Source of the DNA: Felis catus
Lineage: Eukaryota
Assembly (NCBI RefSeq): GCF_018350175.1
Contig: NC_058382.1
Span: forward strand, 8,990,001-9,054,000
Reading direction: 5' to 3'
DNA length: 64,000 nt
The translations under genes were made by a program, and so were the position numbers. Shown one piece after another: positions 11,705 to 36,200 of this stretch. The number at the start of each line of letters is the position of its first letter. Position 1 is the first letter of the stretch. The notes beneath the pieces are model-generated. The model did no database searches, was not told the DNA's origin, and saw only the letters and a list, made by a program, of their open reading frames with translations.

Positions 11705-14367
11705 TGCTCACACGGTCATCTCCAGATGGAGAAAGTAACAAGGGAGAGACACTGGGACCCAAAGAGAGGGAGAAGTTCTAGAAGCCAGACAAACTCTGAG
11801 AGAAGGAGACCACCAGCTTCAAGGAGCAGACAGCTCAGATGATGAAAGATACTTAGGAGAGTCAGAGTTTAGGGGCCCCAGGAGGTCCTCTGAGGATCAG
11901 AAAGACAAAGGACAGGGCAGATAGGAGGGGCGGGGGGGGGGGTGTCGACAGCTGGAGAGATCAAGAAAGGGGTGTGACACGGAGGAGCTAAGGAGTCAGA
12001 GAGTTAGAGAAGCCACATGCAGGCACCTGAAAGGGGCAGGGGCCAAGAGCTGGACCCCGAGCACTGACCTGGGCGTCTGGCCGCCTGCTCTCCAGGGAGG
12101 GGGTAGGAGCCGGACCTGAGGTCCCCTCCCCACAGACCTTCCCCCTGCCCTCTGCCCAGCTTCTGCCACCTTCCAGCTCACCTTTGTCCCCCACCGCCCC
12201 GCCCACCCAGCCACCTGCTGGTCCTGCCCTCTCCTTCCTGGGCCCAGAGCTGCTCCAGATGCACCCCCATCTATGGACTCACCCTCAGAAGTCACCTCTG
12301 CCCCCTGCCCTGGGCAGCTCCCTCAGGCTCCACCCCTAACTTGAACGGATCCCTCCCCTATCCGTTAGCTCAAATCAGGCTTAAGTAGAGAGTCCTAGAT
12401 CTCCCCCAGTCCTGGGCCTGAGCCTCTGTCCCCAGGTCCTCAAGTCTCAGGCCCGGTCTCCATTCTCTCCAGCCCCTGCCTCCTGGTCCCCCAGACCTGG
12501 GCATGGGTCTCCATCCATAAATTCCCCGCAATCCATAAGCCTGAGTTCCTGTCTCCGGTTCCTCCGGTCCAGGTCCTGTATTCCCACCCCATTTCCAGAA
12601 CCCAGTCCCAGACCTGGGTTTCCATTCCTGGATCCCTCAATCCCGGTTCTGGTCCTGCGTCTCCATCCCACACCCCTGGTAACCCAGTCCCGGCCTGCGT
12701 CTCCGTTCCTCTTGGTCCCGCAGTCCCCCAGACTCGGGTCCCTGATCCTACCCCCGCACCCTCCTCACACGCCGAGTCCTCCTCCGGGCGGCCCCTCAAG
12801 TCAGCACCAACCGCCCCCATCAGACCCAGGGGTGGGGGGAGGGTGTGCATCGTCTCAGCCAATGGCCGCGCAGCCGGCCTGAGCCGCACCAGTGAAAGCG
12901 TGCGGGAGGCGGGGCCAGCCGGCTCGCGAGCTTGGCGCAGGGACTAGCGGAGGGACAGCTCGAGAACTGGGCGGGGTATCGCGCTCCGCGAGATCAGCTG
13001 CCATAGTAGGTGAGGGCACACGCGCAGCAGAGGGGGGCGTCACGACTCCATTGACAGCGCCGCTGACGCCATCTTTGTGGAGGGCAAGTGGTAGGCCTGT
13101 CCTGTCCATTGAGTTTATAAAAGAAAAGGGACGTGAGGAAGATCTCCGCCTGCAGATTAGAGACTGACCCTAACACAGGTAACAAAGACCCAGAGATATG
13201 CAACGGAAGTTAGTAAAAGAGACCCAGAAAAGCAGAGTCAGAAGCAGTAAGAGACTTAGAGTGCCCTCTGTTTTTCAGATAGTTACAGAAAGACAGGCGC
13301 TAAGAAAAACAGAGATATATACAAAGAAACAAAGACAATAGAATTGAGAACATGCAAGGCTAAGGCCACAAGAAGACCCAGAAAATGATGGACACAGAGA
13401 TGGAGACAGATAGTTCTGGAACGAAAGCCAGGGAGAAGAGGCTCATTAATTCATCTATTTACCTTGGATCCAAACCAGGATGGAGGCAGCCTGACATGGA
13501 CATCTGCCCACTGAATGACCCAGTAACATGGCAAGACAAAGAAACAAAGAGAGAGAGAGATGGGGAGAACCAGTATCTGAGACAGACCTCTAGGTCAGGG
13601 ATGAGGGAGGAAGACGATGTTGGAGGACCAGAGGCCCAGAGGAACCGAAATCCACAAGTCAGAGAGCAAAAATGCTGGGGCGCCTGGGTGGCTCAGTGGG
13701 TTAAGCATCTGGCTTCAGCTCAGGTCACGACCTCACTGCTCATGAGTTCGAGTCCCGCGTGGGGCTCTGTGCTGACAGCTCAGAGCCTGGAGCCTGCTTT
13801 AGATTCTGTCTCTATCTCTCTGCATCTCCCTTGCTCGCTGTCTCTGTCTCTCTCAAATATGAAATAAAACATAAAAATAAATTGAACAAAAAGAAAGCAG
13901 AAATGTTGACAGAGACATAGAGAAGCAAAGAAATTGTGCAATGGAGAGAAAGACATGAATAGTATCAGGAGACCAAAAAAACAGAATCACAGAAAGACAC
14001 ATGCAGAAGGAGACAGGGACAGAACTTGCTAAAAGTGATGAATGGAGGAAGTTCGTTTACTGTCAAACAATGTTCCTTGTGTTTAAACCCAGAGTAGCAA
14101 CAGCACCAGATAATATACGCCAAAGAATGATCCAGAGAGCGACAGGGGACAGAAAGATGGAGAGACAGGGAAACACACATCTTAGTTGGGGAGAAAGGCA
14201 GGCACACCAGACAAAGAGGCTGGGACTCAACAACAGAGACCAAGTCACAAACGCAAGGGCACAGCAACACGAAGAAAATTGTGTCCCATGGTATGGTGAT
14301 CTTCACGTTCACGTGGACCCTTCCTTACCTGATCCCCCTGCTCCTCTGTTTCAAGGTGTCCATTCAT
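7638..14367 (-). CDS. SPHK2: Sphingosine kinase 2, ~660 aa; exons 14329-14367, 10682-11159, 9624-9773, 9391-9485, 9190-9305, 7638-8742 (shorter isoform ATG at 11090)
   Basis: MNGHLETEEQGDQ|RPDQEL...MAPPPP; kinase motifs LVNPLGGRG, SGDGLLFE, PCGSGNAL, VDGE; C-terminus GPPGCPRREP*; in-phase GT-AG junctions (1983 nt); N-run 8485-8632 inside last exon. Confidence 0.96.
8485..8632. other. 148-N gap inside SPHK2 last coding exon
   Basis: Run of N; reading frame preserved across it. Confidence 0.99.
11665..11704. repeat. (CA)n/(CG)n microsatellite
   Basis: cgcacacacacgcgcgcacacacacacacacacacaca. Confidence 0.9.
12850..13090 (-). promoter_or_regulatory. SPHK2: CpG-rich putative internal/alternative SPHK2 promoter
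   Basis: Local CpG cluster inside an intron with CCAAT (~12859), GC boxes, TGACG half-sites and YY1-like GCCATCTT (~13068). Confidence 0.5.
13677..13895 (+). mobile_element. Carnivore tRNA-derived SINE (CAN-SINE)
   Basis: ggggcgcctgggtggctcag head, B-box GTTCGAG, (CT)n tract, A-rich tail. Confidence 0.9.
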
Positions 14368-14654
14368 CTGCTGGCCCTCTGCTTTGTTACCACATCAGCA
14401 AGACCCTGGTCCCGGGCAGGAGGCCATGGGAGGGTGGTATGGGCAAGGAGTCAGGCCTGACAGTGCGGGCCTGGCCTCTGGCCCCGTGGAGGACAGGTGA
14501 ATAAGTAGGAGGATCAAGGGCAGGCCGACCGGAGGCCAGGCTGGATGTGCTGGAGGCCCAACAGGCAGGGCTTCCCTGAGGAAGGAGAAAAGAGGGGACA
14601 GGTCAGCTTTGTCACTGCCCCAGCCAGTCTGTCCGGTCTTACACAATAAGGGCC

Positions 14655-14870
14655 GATAATAGGAATGGAAGCTAATTTGTATTGAGTGCTCATGTGTAAA
14701 GCATGGTACTAAGCGTTTTTTTTTTTTTACTAACTTATGTAATTCTGGAAAATATGTGCCAAGCCTATTTTTGTAGACAAGCAAAGTAAGGCGCAGAGAG
14801 GTTAAGTGACTTGCCCAAGGTCACACTGTTAGTAATTCGCAGAGCCGGGATTTGAATTTGGCTACAGCTG
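14655..14870 (+). mobile_element. MIR fragment
   Basis: MIR core: gcagagaggttaagtgacttgcccaaggtcacac...gagccgggatttgaa. Confidence 0.7.
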
Positions 14871-15439
14871 ACACGACCCCATCTCACCTTCTTTTCTGTG
14901 TCTCTGCTTCTCCCTCAATCTCCATCTCCCTTCTCTTTCTAGGTCTCCATTTCCCTCACCCTCGGTCTCTGTCCACTCCCCCTCTGGGTCTCCAATCCTC
15001 CTCCCCTCTGAGGCTTTTCCCCTCCTTCAAAGTCTCTCCTCCCCCTCTCTTTCTGGAGCCTTTCAGCGATTCCCTCTCCACCCCCCCCCACCCCCCCCCA
15101 GGCCCGGGGCTTCTGTGCGCCCCCTCCGCATTCCAGTACCGTGCAAAGCCCTCGCACTGATCGCGCTGGGTCACCTGAATCTCTCCGGCTGGGAAAAGCA
15201 GCCCCAGATGGCAGAGGCTGAGGAGGGGGTCAGAGAAAGAGGAGGGGGAGAAACGGCATCTAAAAATGGGAAATGCGGGATGCTCTAGACTGGGCTGCAG
15301 CAAGCGGATCTCGGGTTAGATCTCAGGTAGGACTTCCCCGAGCTAAGGCCGCACCAAACCAGCGCGGCACGAGATAAGGGAGGTGAGCCAGATAAGGAAA
15401 TGCCTGAAGCGTGGGGTCAGAAGTTTCCCGAGGTTCCGA

Positions 15440-15878
15440 CAGGCCCCGCCAGCTCCGCCTCCTCACCTCCAGTACTCGGCCCGCCGGGTCCTCCCGGAGC
15501 CACAGAGAGGCCGTCGGCGTCGGGCCAGAGCGTCACCGCGCGGCGCGTTCTCCCAGCTCTGCGCCACATCTCTCTCGCTCCCAGATCCCTTTCTTCCGGA
15601 AAACTATCGAGAACAGGGACTGGTGGGGCCAGAGAGGCCCCCGCCGGGCTTGGCCCCTCCTCCTCGACGTAGCGCTCGTTCCCCGTTGGTGGTTCGTCCA
15701 CTTATTCCGGAATCGCCCCTACGGCCGGGGAGGCGATTCGCCGTGAAGGGGCTCGGCTCGAGTGCCGCGCCGCGTCGTGCCCGTGTGACGTCACGGAGGC
15801 GCCACTCGCTGAAGGCTTTCCCCGCCCACCCCGGCGCTGTTCTCTCTTTCCGGACCTGGCTGAGCGGGAGGCGCCATC
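15440..15878. promoter_or_regulatory. RPL18: Head-to-head SPHK2/RPL18 CpG-island promoter, with RPL18 5'TOP tract
   Basis: Palindromic GTGACGTCAC (CRE) 15785-15794, ETS-like TTCCGG sites, pyrimidine tract ctctctttcc at ~15842-15851, YY1-like GCCATC before the ATG; candidate SPHK2 non-coding exon donor (minus) at 15467. Confidence 0.8.
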
Positions 15879-19865
<3,987 letters not shown>

Positions 19866-20129
19866 CCCCAGACCCTGCCTTGTTATTAAAAAGATTTGGA
19901 CTGTTGACGTCTTCTTGTGTGTTATTCCGGGGATGAGGGACAGGGGGCGGGACACGGGAGGGGATCGGATCGGATCGGATTGGAGTCTGGGAGTAGGATG
20001 CGCGCCCCTCTCCGTGGACACCAGTGGCGGAGGAGCCCTTCCCTCGGAGGCGGAGTCTAGCTCTACCCGCAGGCGCCCTCTGGAGGCTTCGGTGCGTGCT
20101 TGTCGGGATCTTGCACGTTGGACCCTTGA

Positions 20130-20330
20130 GGGCCCCCACGGCCAAAGTCCCGCCCCCTCAGTGAGCCTGGTGACAGGTGTTTCCGCACCTGTTCCCTCCC
20201 CCGGATTAACCGCACCCGCCCCTCTAAACCTGAGCTCGTCCCAGGCTCGGCCTGGTGGGCTGGGTGTGGACCCGGAAGTGCTGAGGGGGCGGGATCGCGG
20301 TGGGGGAGGGGTACGTGGGAACAGGTGAGT
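20130..20330 (+). promoter_or_regulatory. FAM83E: Putative FAM83E promoter / non-coding first exon
   Basis: GC boxes, ETS site CCGGAAGTG 20272-20280, consensus donor CAG|GTGAGT at 20324. Confidence 0.5.
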
Positions 20331-21656
20331 TGCTCCCCTTTAACCGAAGCTCGAGTCAGCTGGGGTCTGGCGGGGCCCTGGGCCCTGGGCCAGTGGCCTG
20401 GTGAGTGTGTTCCCTGGGCTGGGGCCTTCCCGTACCCGCGCTCGGCCTTCCGCAGGGACCTGCATCGGGCCCTCCTCTGTGTTTACACAAGGGGCTGGGT
20501 TCCCCGGATCCCAGGCTAAAACCTGATGAATGAGGTGAGACAGCCGGAAGGACGGCAGAAATAGAGGCAGGAGGTCTCCAGACCCCTGTTCTGACCTCCG
20601 AAAAGGCAAGGCAAGGAGGGAAAGGGGATGGGGGTCCGGACACACGGGGGGAGCTCTGGATGGGCGAGAGGGAGTCCTGGTTTTATTCCTCTTTATCTTT
20701 GTAGGCCTGGTCGCTGTGGCCTGGAGGAGGGAAGCTGCCTGGGTGCCGTGATTGGAAGGAGGGGCCGCTGGTTTGCAGGGATCAGGGGTCCACAGCCCAA
20801 AGGTTGGGTCAGGAGCCTCAAAGGAACAGCATGAGAGGGAGACAGGACAGGAGACAGAGTGGTCCTTGGCCAGGAATATGTGGTTAGCTAGCAGGAGATA
20901 GCAGGATTCGGGTAGAAACCCCGGCAGGGCAGCTCGGCCAGGGATCAGCAGAGATCAGAGGGCAGCCCGAGAGCACTCCGGCTGGGAGACAGGCGGGCAG
21001 GGGCAGCCAATCCAAGGAACGGTGGTTGGTCAGGCCCTCCAACCAGATGGGCCGGTTCCATGGTGATGAAACCTCCTGGTGAGCGGATCCTCCGCTGTGG
21101 CAGCCCGAGTGGGTGTGAACCCCCAGGAGCAGGGTCCCCAGTCCACGGAGACCGGTCTCGTTCCCTGGCTGGATAAGGGGGATGCCCAGACTTCGGGCTG
21201 GAGCCCATTCTTCCTAAGCTGAGCGAGCAGGTCCAAAGGGGAGGTGCGTGGAATGATCCGGCCGTGAGAGCCGCTGAGCCAGCCGCGAGTTGTCAGGAAA
21301 AACAGATTCTGCGGGACACGGCCGGGTGGTCAGATACGGACATTGTTGGAAGCAATCGATGCCTGCCAGATAATCCAAAGGAGAGCGTCAGTTCGACGCG
21401 CTATTGGTCAGGGGCACGTAGGCAGCCCGCTCTGCCTTTAGTTGGGGACATTTGGGTGGTAGGAGACAGGCAGGCGGCCTGTCGCCTGGAGATGGTGGGG
21501 CAGTCGGCCGGCTCTCTGGCCAGGACAGGTGGGCCATCAGCCTGACCAAGGCTGAGCCAGCAGACCGGTCATTTGGGGCATCGCGTGGCCAGCAGGCCGG
21601 AAGTTGTTGCGGGGCGGAGCATAGAGGAGGAGTTGAGGGGTCCCGTGGCCGCGTAG

Positions 21657-29477
<7,821 letters not shown>

Positions 29478-30271
29478 CGGGAGCCAAAGCCACCCTGGAC
29501 GGGCCTGTCGACGGTCACCTCCCAGCCCCCCGTCCCCCGTCCGTGTGGTGCCTTGGACAAGGCTTCTGGCCTCGGTGTCCGGGAAGCGGCAGGGATGTTT
29601 CCCCCTTTGTTCTAGAACTCGGGCAAGCCCAGTGCTCAGTCTAGATGCCAGTGTCGCAGTTCAGAAAATGGGCAGAAAGTGTCGACCCGCTGGCATCCCG
29701 GGACAGGGCATATCCAATTGCGGCCAGGCTGGAACTTGTCTGAGGACGGGCCTGGCCGAGTGGCCCCCGAGCCGGCGTCGCGTGGGGGCGAGGGTGGGGC
29801 GTCCCTGGGACAGGGTGGGGAGCCTCCTGGACCTATCAGGCTCCGGAGCTGTGGGTAAACTGAGCTTAGCAGAGGAGAGGAGAGAATCCAGTCCAGGGAG
29901 TGGGGCTTAATAATGAGGGACAGGAAATTGGTGGGGACCCCTGCTGGGGGGGCCGGTCAGGGCCCTGGGCGCTGGGACTGTTTTCTGGGTGCCAAGGGAC
30001 GAGTTGTTGGGGCTCCCTTTACCTCTGCTCACAATAAAGCTGCTTTATGCCAGAATCCTGCATTTTCACAGCCTAGCCGCAGACCCAGGAATCCAGTCCT
30101 GGGCCCTTCCTCCCTCAGACTCCCTGGGGGAGCCAGGCGCCCAGCCTGGGGGGGGTCCCCCCACCCCGGCGGCCTCCTCCCCTCGCGCGCCCCCTGCCGG
30201 CCGTCCACCGGCGCGCCGCCTCCAGAGCGCATCGAGAGTCGGGGGCAGGAGCGATGCGTTTATTCTCAAGG

Positions 30272-33200
30272 TCACAGGTCCGGGGGGTGCTCGGAGGCCT
30301 GGGCTGGGGTGGGGCTGGGATCGGGGTCCGGGCTGGCGTCCTCGGGGTCGTCCCAGGGGAAGGTGGGCAGCCCCCGCATCTGCTCCCGGTAGACGCGGTC
30401 GAAGGCTTCGCTCTGTGCCACCGTAAAGTGGTTCTTCCAGTCGCCGCACACCCCTGGAGGGGAGGGAGGGGCGGCGAGGGGAGGGAGGGGCGGCGAGGTG
30501 AGGCCGGGCGGGGTCATCCCCCGCGCCCCACATCCCAGCACCCTCCTGCCCACCTCCGGGCACCTCCCCGCTCCCTTTTCATCTCCACGTTTTTGCCCTT
30601 TTACCTCCTACTGATGGCTGCCTCTCACGCTGGCCCCCAGTCACCTGGCCAGACCCCTGGGCACCCGTATTGCCCCCTCCTTCCCTTGGCTCCCCCCCCC
30701 ACCCCGCCTCTCCTTTCAGTAGACCTGTTGCCTTCCTCCTGCAGCTTTACCCCCTGACCCCTTAAATCGCTCTGCCCAGAACCTCCCCCTCCCGCTCGAG
30801 CATTTCCTGGCTCCCTGTCCCTAACCTCCCTGGCTGGAAACGGGCATCCTCACTCCGGGGCTCCCACAACACCCACGCTACCTCCGTGATGGCTCCGCCC
30901 ATTGGGAATGTACCCGCACGCCCGTGCCAGGGAACGCGTGGAAGGGTGGCTTCCTCGGTTTCCCTCCTTAACCCTCCTGGCGACCCAGCAGGCGAGGGGC
31001 GTGACCTCTGCCCCTTCCACGGGCGCAGGGGGCCCTCGGGGCCGGCCTCGGGCTTCTCACCTGGGGCCAATGTCATTTGGATGGCAGTATTTTGAATTAC
31101 ATGACGCCCCCTAGTGAGGGGTGGGGGTGGGGCACCCTGTGATAGGCTGAATAATCACCCCCCCCCCCCAGATGTCCACGTCCTGGTCTTTGGAACCTAT
31201 GAATATGTGACCTTACAAGAGGGACTTTGCAGGTGTCATTGGTTAAGGATGGAGGTTTATCCAGGCAGACCCACAAGGGTCCCTATAAGAAGAGGGGGAG
31301 GGGCGCCCGGGGGGGGGGAGGGTGGCTCCGTCAGGTTGAGTGTCCGGCTCTTGATCTGGGCTCAGGACACGATCTCATGGTTTGTGAGATCGAGCCCCCC
31401 CCCCCCCATGGACGGTGCAGAGCCTGCTTGGGATTCCCTCTCTCTCTCTCTCTCTCTCTCTTTCCCTGTCTCTCTCTGCCCCTCCCCTGCTTGCTCCCTC
31501 TTGGTCTCTCTCAAAACAAACATAGGGAGAAAAAGAAAAAGAAAAAGAGGCGGGAGGCTTAGAGTCTGGGATTGGAAGACTGCCACCCTTCTGATCGGAA
31601 GACCCTGGAGGGGCGAGGAGCCCAGCAGTCCCTGTGGGGCTGGAAACGGAAAAGGCAGGGAACAGATTCTCCCCCCTGGAGCCTCCAGAAGGACCCGTCC
31701 CCCTGACACTTTTGATTTTTAACCCAGGGACACTGAGTTGGGACTTCTGACCAGAGCCGTAAGGGAATAAACGTGGGTTGTGTTAAGCCGCTAAGTTTGT
31801 GGTCTTGTAGCAGGAACAGGAAGAAGACACTCCCTCCCGCCCTTCCCGTAATCCGAGCGCTAGAATGTTTCTGGGCTGAACCTTAACACTAAGAAAGATT
31901 CACTAAGACTCTATATAGCCTCAGGACGGTTCAGTCCTGGCTGTGGCCTTGGACAGGGCCGTTTTGAGCTCTCTGGATGCCGGGCCCTGTGCTAAGCCCT
32001 GGGGGGGTAGGGGGGGGTCCCTCATGACCTTGTGAAGGCAGTGCTGCTCAGAGTGACCCCACGTTTCAGCTGGGAAAACCGAGGCCCAGAGAGGTGACAT
32101 GACCGCGCCAAGGTGCACAGCCAGGCGGTGGCCGGGTGAGCCTTGGAACCCCAGAGCCCCCGCACCTTTCCGGAGGAAGGCGCCGTGGCGTTGGTCCAGC
32201 AGGCTGGGGGGCAGCAGAGTGAAGTTGGACATGGCGTTGGCCTTCATGGCGCCGAAGGCCGAGTGCGCCACGACGGAGTCCAGCGCCTCCTTGCCCAGCG
32301 GCCAGCCCAAAAACTGGCATATGTCCTGCAGGCAGCTGTGGAGGTCCTGCGGGGGCCGGGGAGGGGGGTCAGGGAGGCCGGGCGGAGGGAGGGGACCCCA
32401 GGCAAGGAAGGAGCACCAGACCCAGAATCTGGATGTCCGAGTCCCCGACCCAGAGCCGTCTGGGTGGCTCTGCTGCTTTGCCTCAGTTTCCCCCACGACC
32501 AAGCCGAGGGATGGGGCGATGGCTTCCGAGAGTTTTCGCAGGCTGGGGGTTTCGGAGGGTTCCGCGGGTGGGAGGGAAGGGGCAGAGCCGGGGCAGAGGT
32601 CAGTTGGGCAGCTGGTGCACAATCACCCCCCACTCAGGTTAGAAGTGGGGGAAGGGGCGCCTGGGTGGCGCAGTCGGTTAAGCGTCCGACTTCAGCCAGG
32701 TCACGATCTCGCGGTCCGTGAGTTCGAGCCCCGCGTCGGGCTCTGGGCTGATGGCTCGGAGCCTGGAGCCTGTTTCCGATTCTGTGTCTCCCTCTCTCTC
32801 TGCCCCTCCCCCGTTCATGCTCTGTCTCTCTCTGTCCCAAAAATAAATAAACGTTAAAAAAAAAAAGTGGGGGTCAGCCTGTCTGTGCCCCAGATCTGCA
32901 CCTCCCCCCCGGGTGCCCATCCTGGAAGAGCAGCCTCACTCACTGGGTCACAGGACCAGATTCCCAGCCCGGCCTCCCCTCTCTCACTCCCCCTCCGCCC
33001 ACACCCCTGTCAGTCTCCCTCTGCTCCTCCCCTCCTCTGTTCTCGGCGCCCTTGCACTGGGCCTGCCTTGTCCTCTCCCCATGGACCCACGACTCGAGAC
33101 TCGGCCTCCTCCCTGGCCTCCCTGCCTCCAGGCGCCCACACCCAAAGCTGCTCCCGGCCCCCCTGTGGCTCCCCAGTGCCCTGGGACAGGAGTCCCCGCC

Positions 33201-36200
33201 CCCAGGCCTGGCTTTCAAGGACAGAAGTGGTCTGGCCTGGCCTGGCCTCTAATTCCAGAACTTAACCATTCCCTGCATTTTCCTCCCTGCAGCCTTGGCG
33301 GGGGGTGGCCGAGAATGCCCCGTGGCACCCTCCCCCACCAGGCAAACTTCCCCACCCAGATACAGCTCAAACATCACCCTCCTCCTGACAATGATCGATC
33401 GTTCAGGCCACATGGATTGAGGGGCGCCTGGGGGGCTCAGTCCGTTGAGCGTCCGACTTCGGCTCAGGTCACGATCTCACCGTCCACGGGTTTGAGCCCC
33501 ACATCTGTGCTGTCAGCACAGAGCGCACTTCGGGACTTCTGTCTCCCTCTCTCTCTCTCTGCCCCTCACCCTCTCTCTCTCTCTCATATCTGTGCCAAGC
33601 CCGCCAAGAGCCTTGCAGACAGGTGTCATTACCCCGGTCAGTAAATGGAGGCCCAGAGAGGGGAAGACACTCGTCCAGGGTCACACAGCTAGGGAGGAAC
33701 TCAGATTTCCGTGACCGAAACCCACGCTTCCCTCCTCTGTCTCGCCGCCTTCCCTGATACTTAGTGCCCAGGACAGTTAGCCTTCTCGTCAGCGCCGCCG
33801 GCCCCACGGCTCCGGATTTCCAGGCCATTCCTGGTTTTGCAACCCTACATCCCTTTATCTTCTTGAACCACCGGCGTGTCCCAGAAATTCTAACACGTGT
33901 GCAGTTCCTCACACGCTAGGGGCAGCCCAGAAGCTCTGCCAGGCTGCATGGCCCAGTTTTGGGCTTTGGAGAAAAAAGCTCGATGAAACAACAAAACAAA
34001 ACAAAACGAAGCGGGGGTGGGGTGGGGTGGGGGAGGGGATGGGGGGTGGCGGTTAACGCCAAACATCTTGTCTGGACCTTTCCATCAAAAGACGTTTACC
34101 GGGGGGCGCCTGGGTGGCGCAGTCGGTTAAGTGTCCGACTTCAGCCAGGTCACGATCTCACAGTCCGTGAGTTCGAGCCCCGCGTCGGGCTCTGGGCTGA
34201 TGGCTCAGAGCCTGGAGCCTGTTTCCGATTCTGTGTCTCCCTCTCTCTCTGCCCCTCGCCTGTTCATGCTCTGTCTCTCTCTGTCCCAAAAATAAATAAA
34301 CATTGAAAAAAAAAAAAAAAAAAAGACGTTTACCGGGGTGGGCAAAAGACTCAAGGCAGGTTGTCAACTGTCCCCCAGCTTCCTCCTCCATAAAACGGGG
34401 GTACTAACAATATTGGGGTGCACCCTTTACAATTATATTTTTTGCAGATCCAAACGGGTCCAATATGGGCAGCTGTAGGTGGTTCTAGGTAATCTGTGAC
34501 TCGCCTGTCCACACGCTGAGGATTAAGTGAGGTGTTTGGTGCGTGGTATTTTCGTTATTGCCGATCCCACAGGTCCTGCCTCGGGACCTAGTCGCTTTTA
34601 CTTTGCGCACTATATTAACACTTTGGGGTACCTTGTCAGATGGTCGTGCTATGCCGGGGGCTCCCTACGGCAACCTCACGAGCTGGCATTTTCCCGCCCA
34701 TTTTAAGGATGGGACGTCTGAGGCTCTGAGAGATTTGGGGGGACGTTAACTGCTTTGTCGGACACAAACATTCAGGTGCTTCCCCCTCCAAAAAGTACCG
34801 GCAGAGAGCATCCAAAAAAAAAAAAAAAATACATGAGGAGCGCCTGGGTGGCCCAGTCGGTTAAGCGTCCGACTCCCGTCTGACGGTTCGGGAGTTCGAG
34901 CCCCGCGTCGGGCTCTGTGTTGACAGCTCGGAGCCTGGAGCCCGCTTCCCATTCTGTGTCTCCCCCTCTCTCCAACCCCCCCCCCCGCCAAATAAAATAA
35001 AATCCATGACGTGTACATACAAGAAGGAAACATGTCTGGGGAGCTTGGGGAAGGGGCATGTAAGGGGACCCTCTCGGGTGCCCAGCTTCTGGAAACATCT
35101 TTGTTAAGGACCTGGAACGGCCGGGCGTGTTCGCTGGGGGCTGTGCCCCCAGAAGCCCGGCATCCTCCTTGCAGCGGGGCAAAGCAGTGGGCATTCTGGC
35201 ACGGCCCTTCTTCCAGGGAACTCTCCCTGATTGCCCCAGCCGGAAGGCATCTCTCTCCCAGGTGCCTGCTCCGGGGACGTCTGGTGGGGTCCGGACAGGA
35301 TCCCCGTCTAACTCCAAAGGCTCAGGGCCCACCCCTGGCTCCCACCTCCTCAGAGAAAAGCCAAGGTCCCTGCTGTGTCCCCCACCCCCACCCCTACCCC
35401 CACTCAGGCGGCTCTGGCCACATCCTCCTTTGCTCCCCTTGGAAACACATCAAGTGTGTGCTGTCACCTCAGGGCCTTTGCACTGGCCGGGTTCCCTCTG
35501 CCTGAGACCCCCCCCCCCCCACCAGCTATCCCCCTGGGTCGTCCTTGACCTTCAGATCTTTGCTTAAGTGTTATCTTCTCCCGGAGGCCTCCCCAACCGC
35601 CCTATTTAAAATTGTGCCCCCACACATTCCTTATCTTCCTTCCCGCCTTGCCTTTTCTCTCTCCTCTCCAGGTGCCATCTGTTTTCTTTGTTTGCCCATG
35701 GCCCCTCTCCTGCTCCCTGGCTCAGGACTCTGCTCTGTTCACCGCTGTGCCCCCAGTACCTACCTGGTGTGTTGGGGGAAGGGAAGGGGGCGGGAGGAGG
35801 GGTGGGGGAGGGAGGTGCGCCGGGTGGGGGTGGGGGTGGGGGCGCGGGATCACCTGCTGCAGTTCCTCGTAGGTGATGAACAGGAAGTTCTCTTTGCCCT
35901 TCATCCGAATCCAGCCCTTAATGTGGTCGAACCAGGAGCCAAACTGCACTACGGGGCGGAGGGGCAGGCGGATGAGGCCCCGGGCAGCAGGGCCACCCCC
36001 GCTGGGGGACCAGGGGGGGCCTGACTAGCCCCCCACGTGGCCCCGGGCATGGTGCCTCGGGGCTGGATGCCTCCCCCAAGCCCCCCCCCCCACATCTGGC
36101 CCCCGGAGAGAGAACCTTTGTCTCTCCATCTCTCTCTGTTTCTGCCCCTTTTCTGCATTTCTGTCTCTGTTTGTTTCTTCCCTTCTCTGTATCTGTGTGT

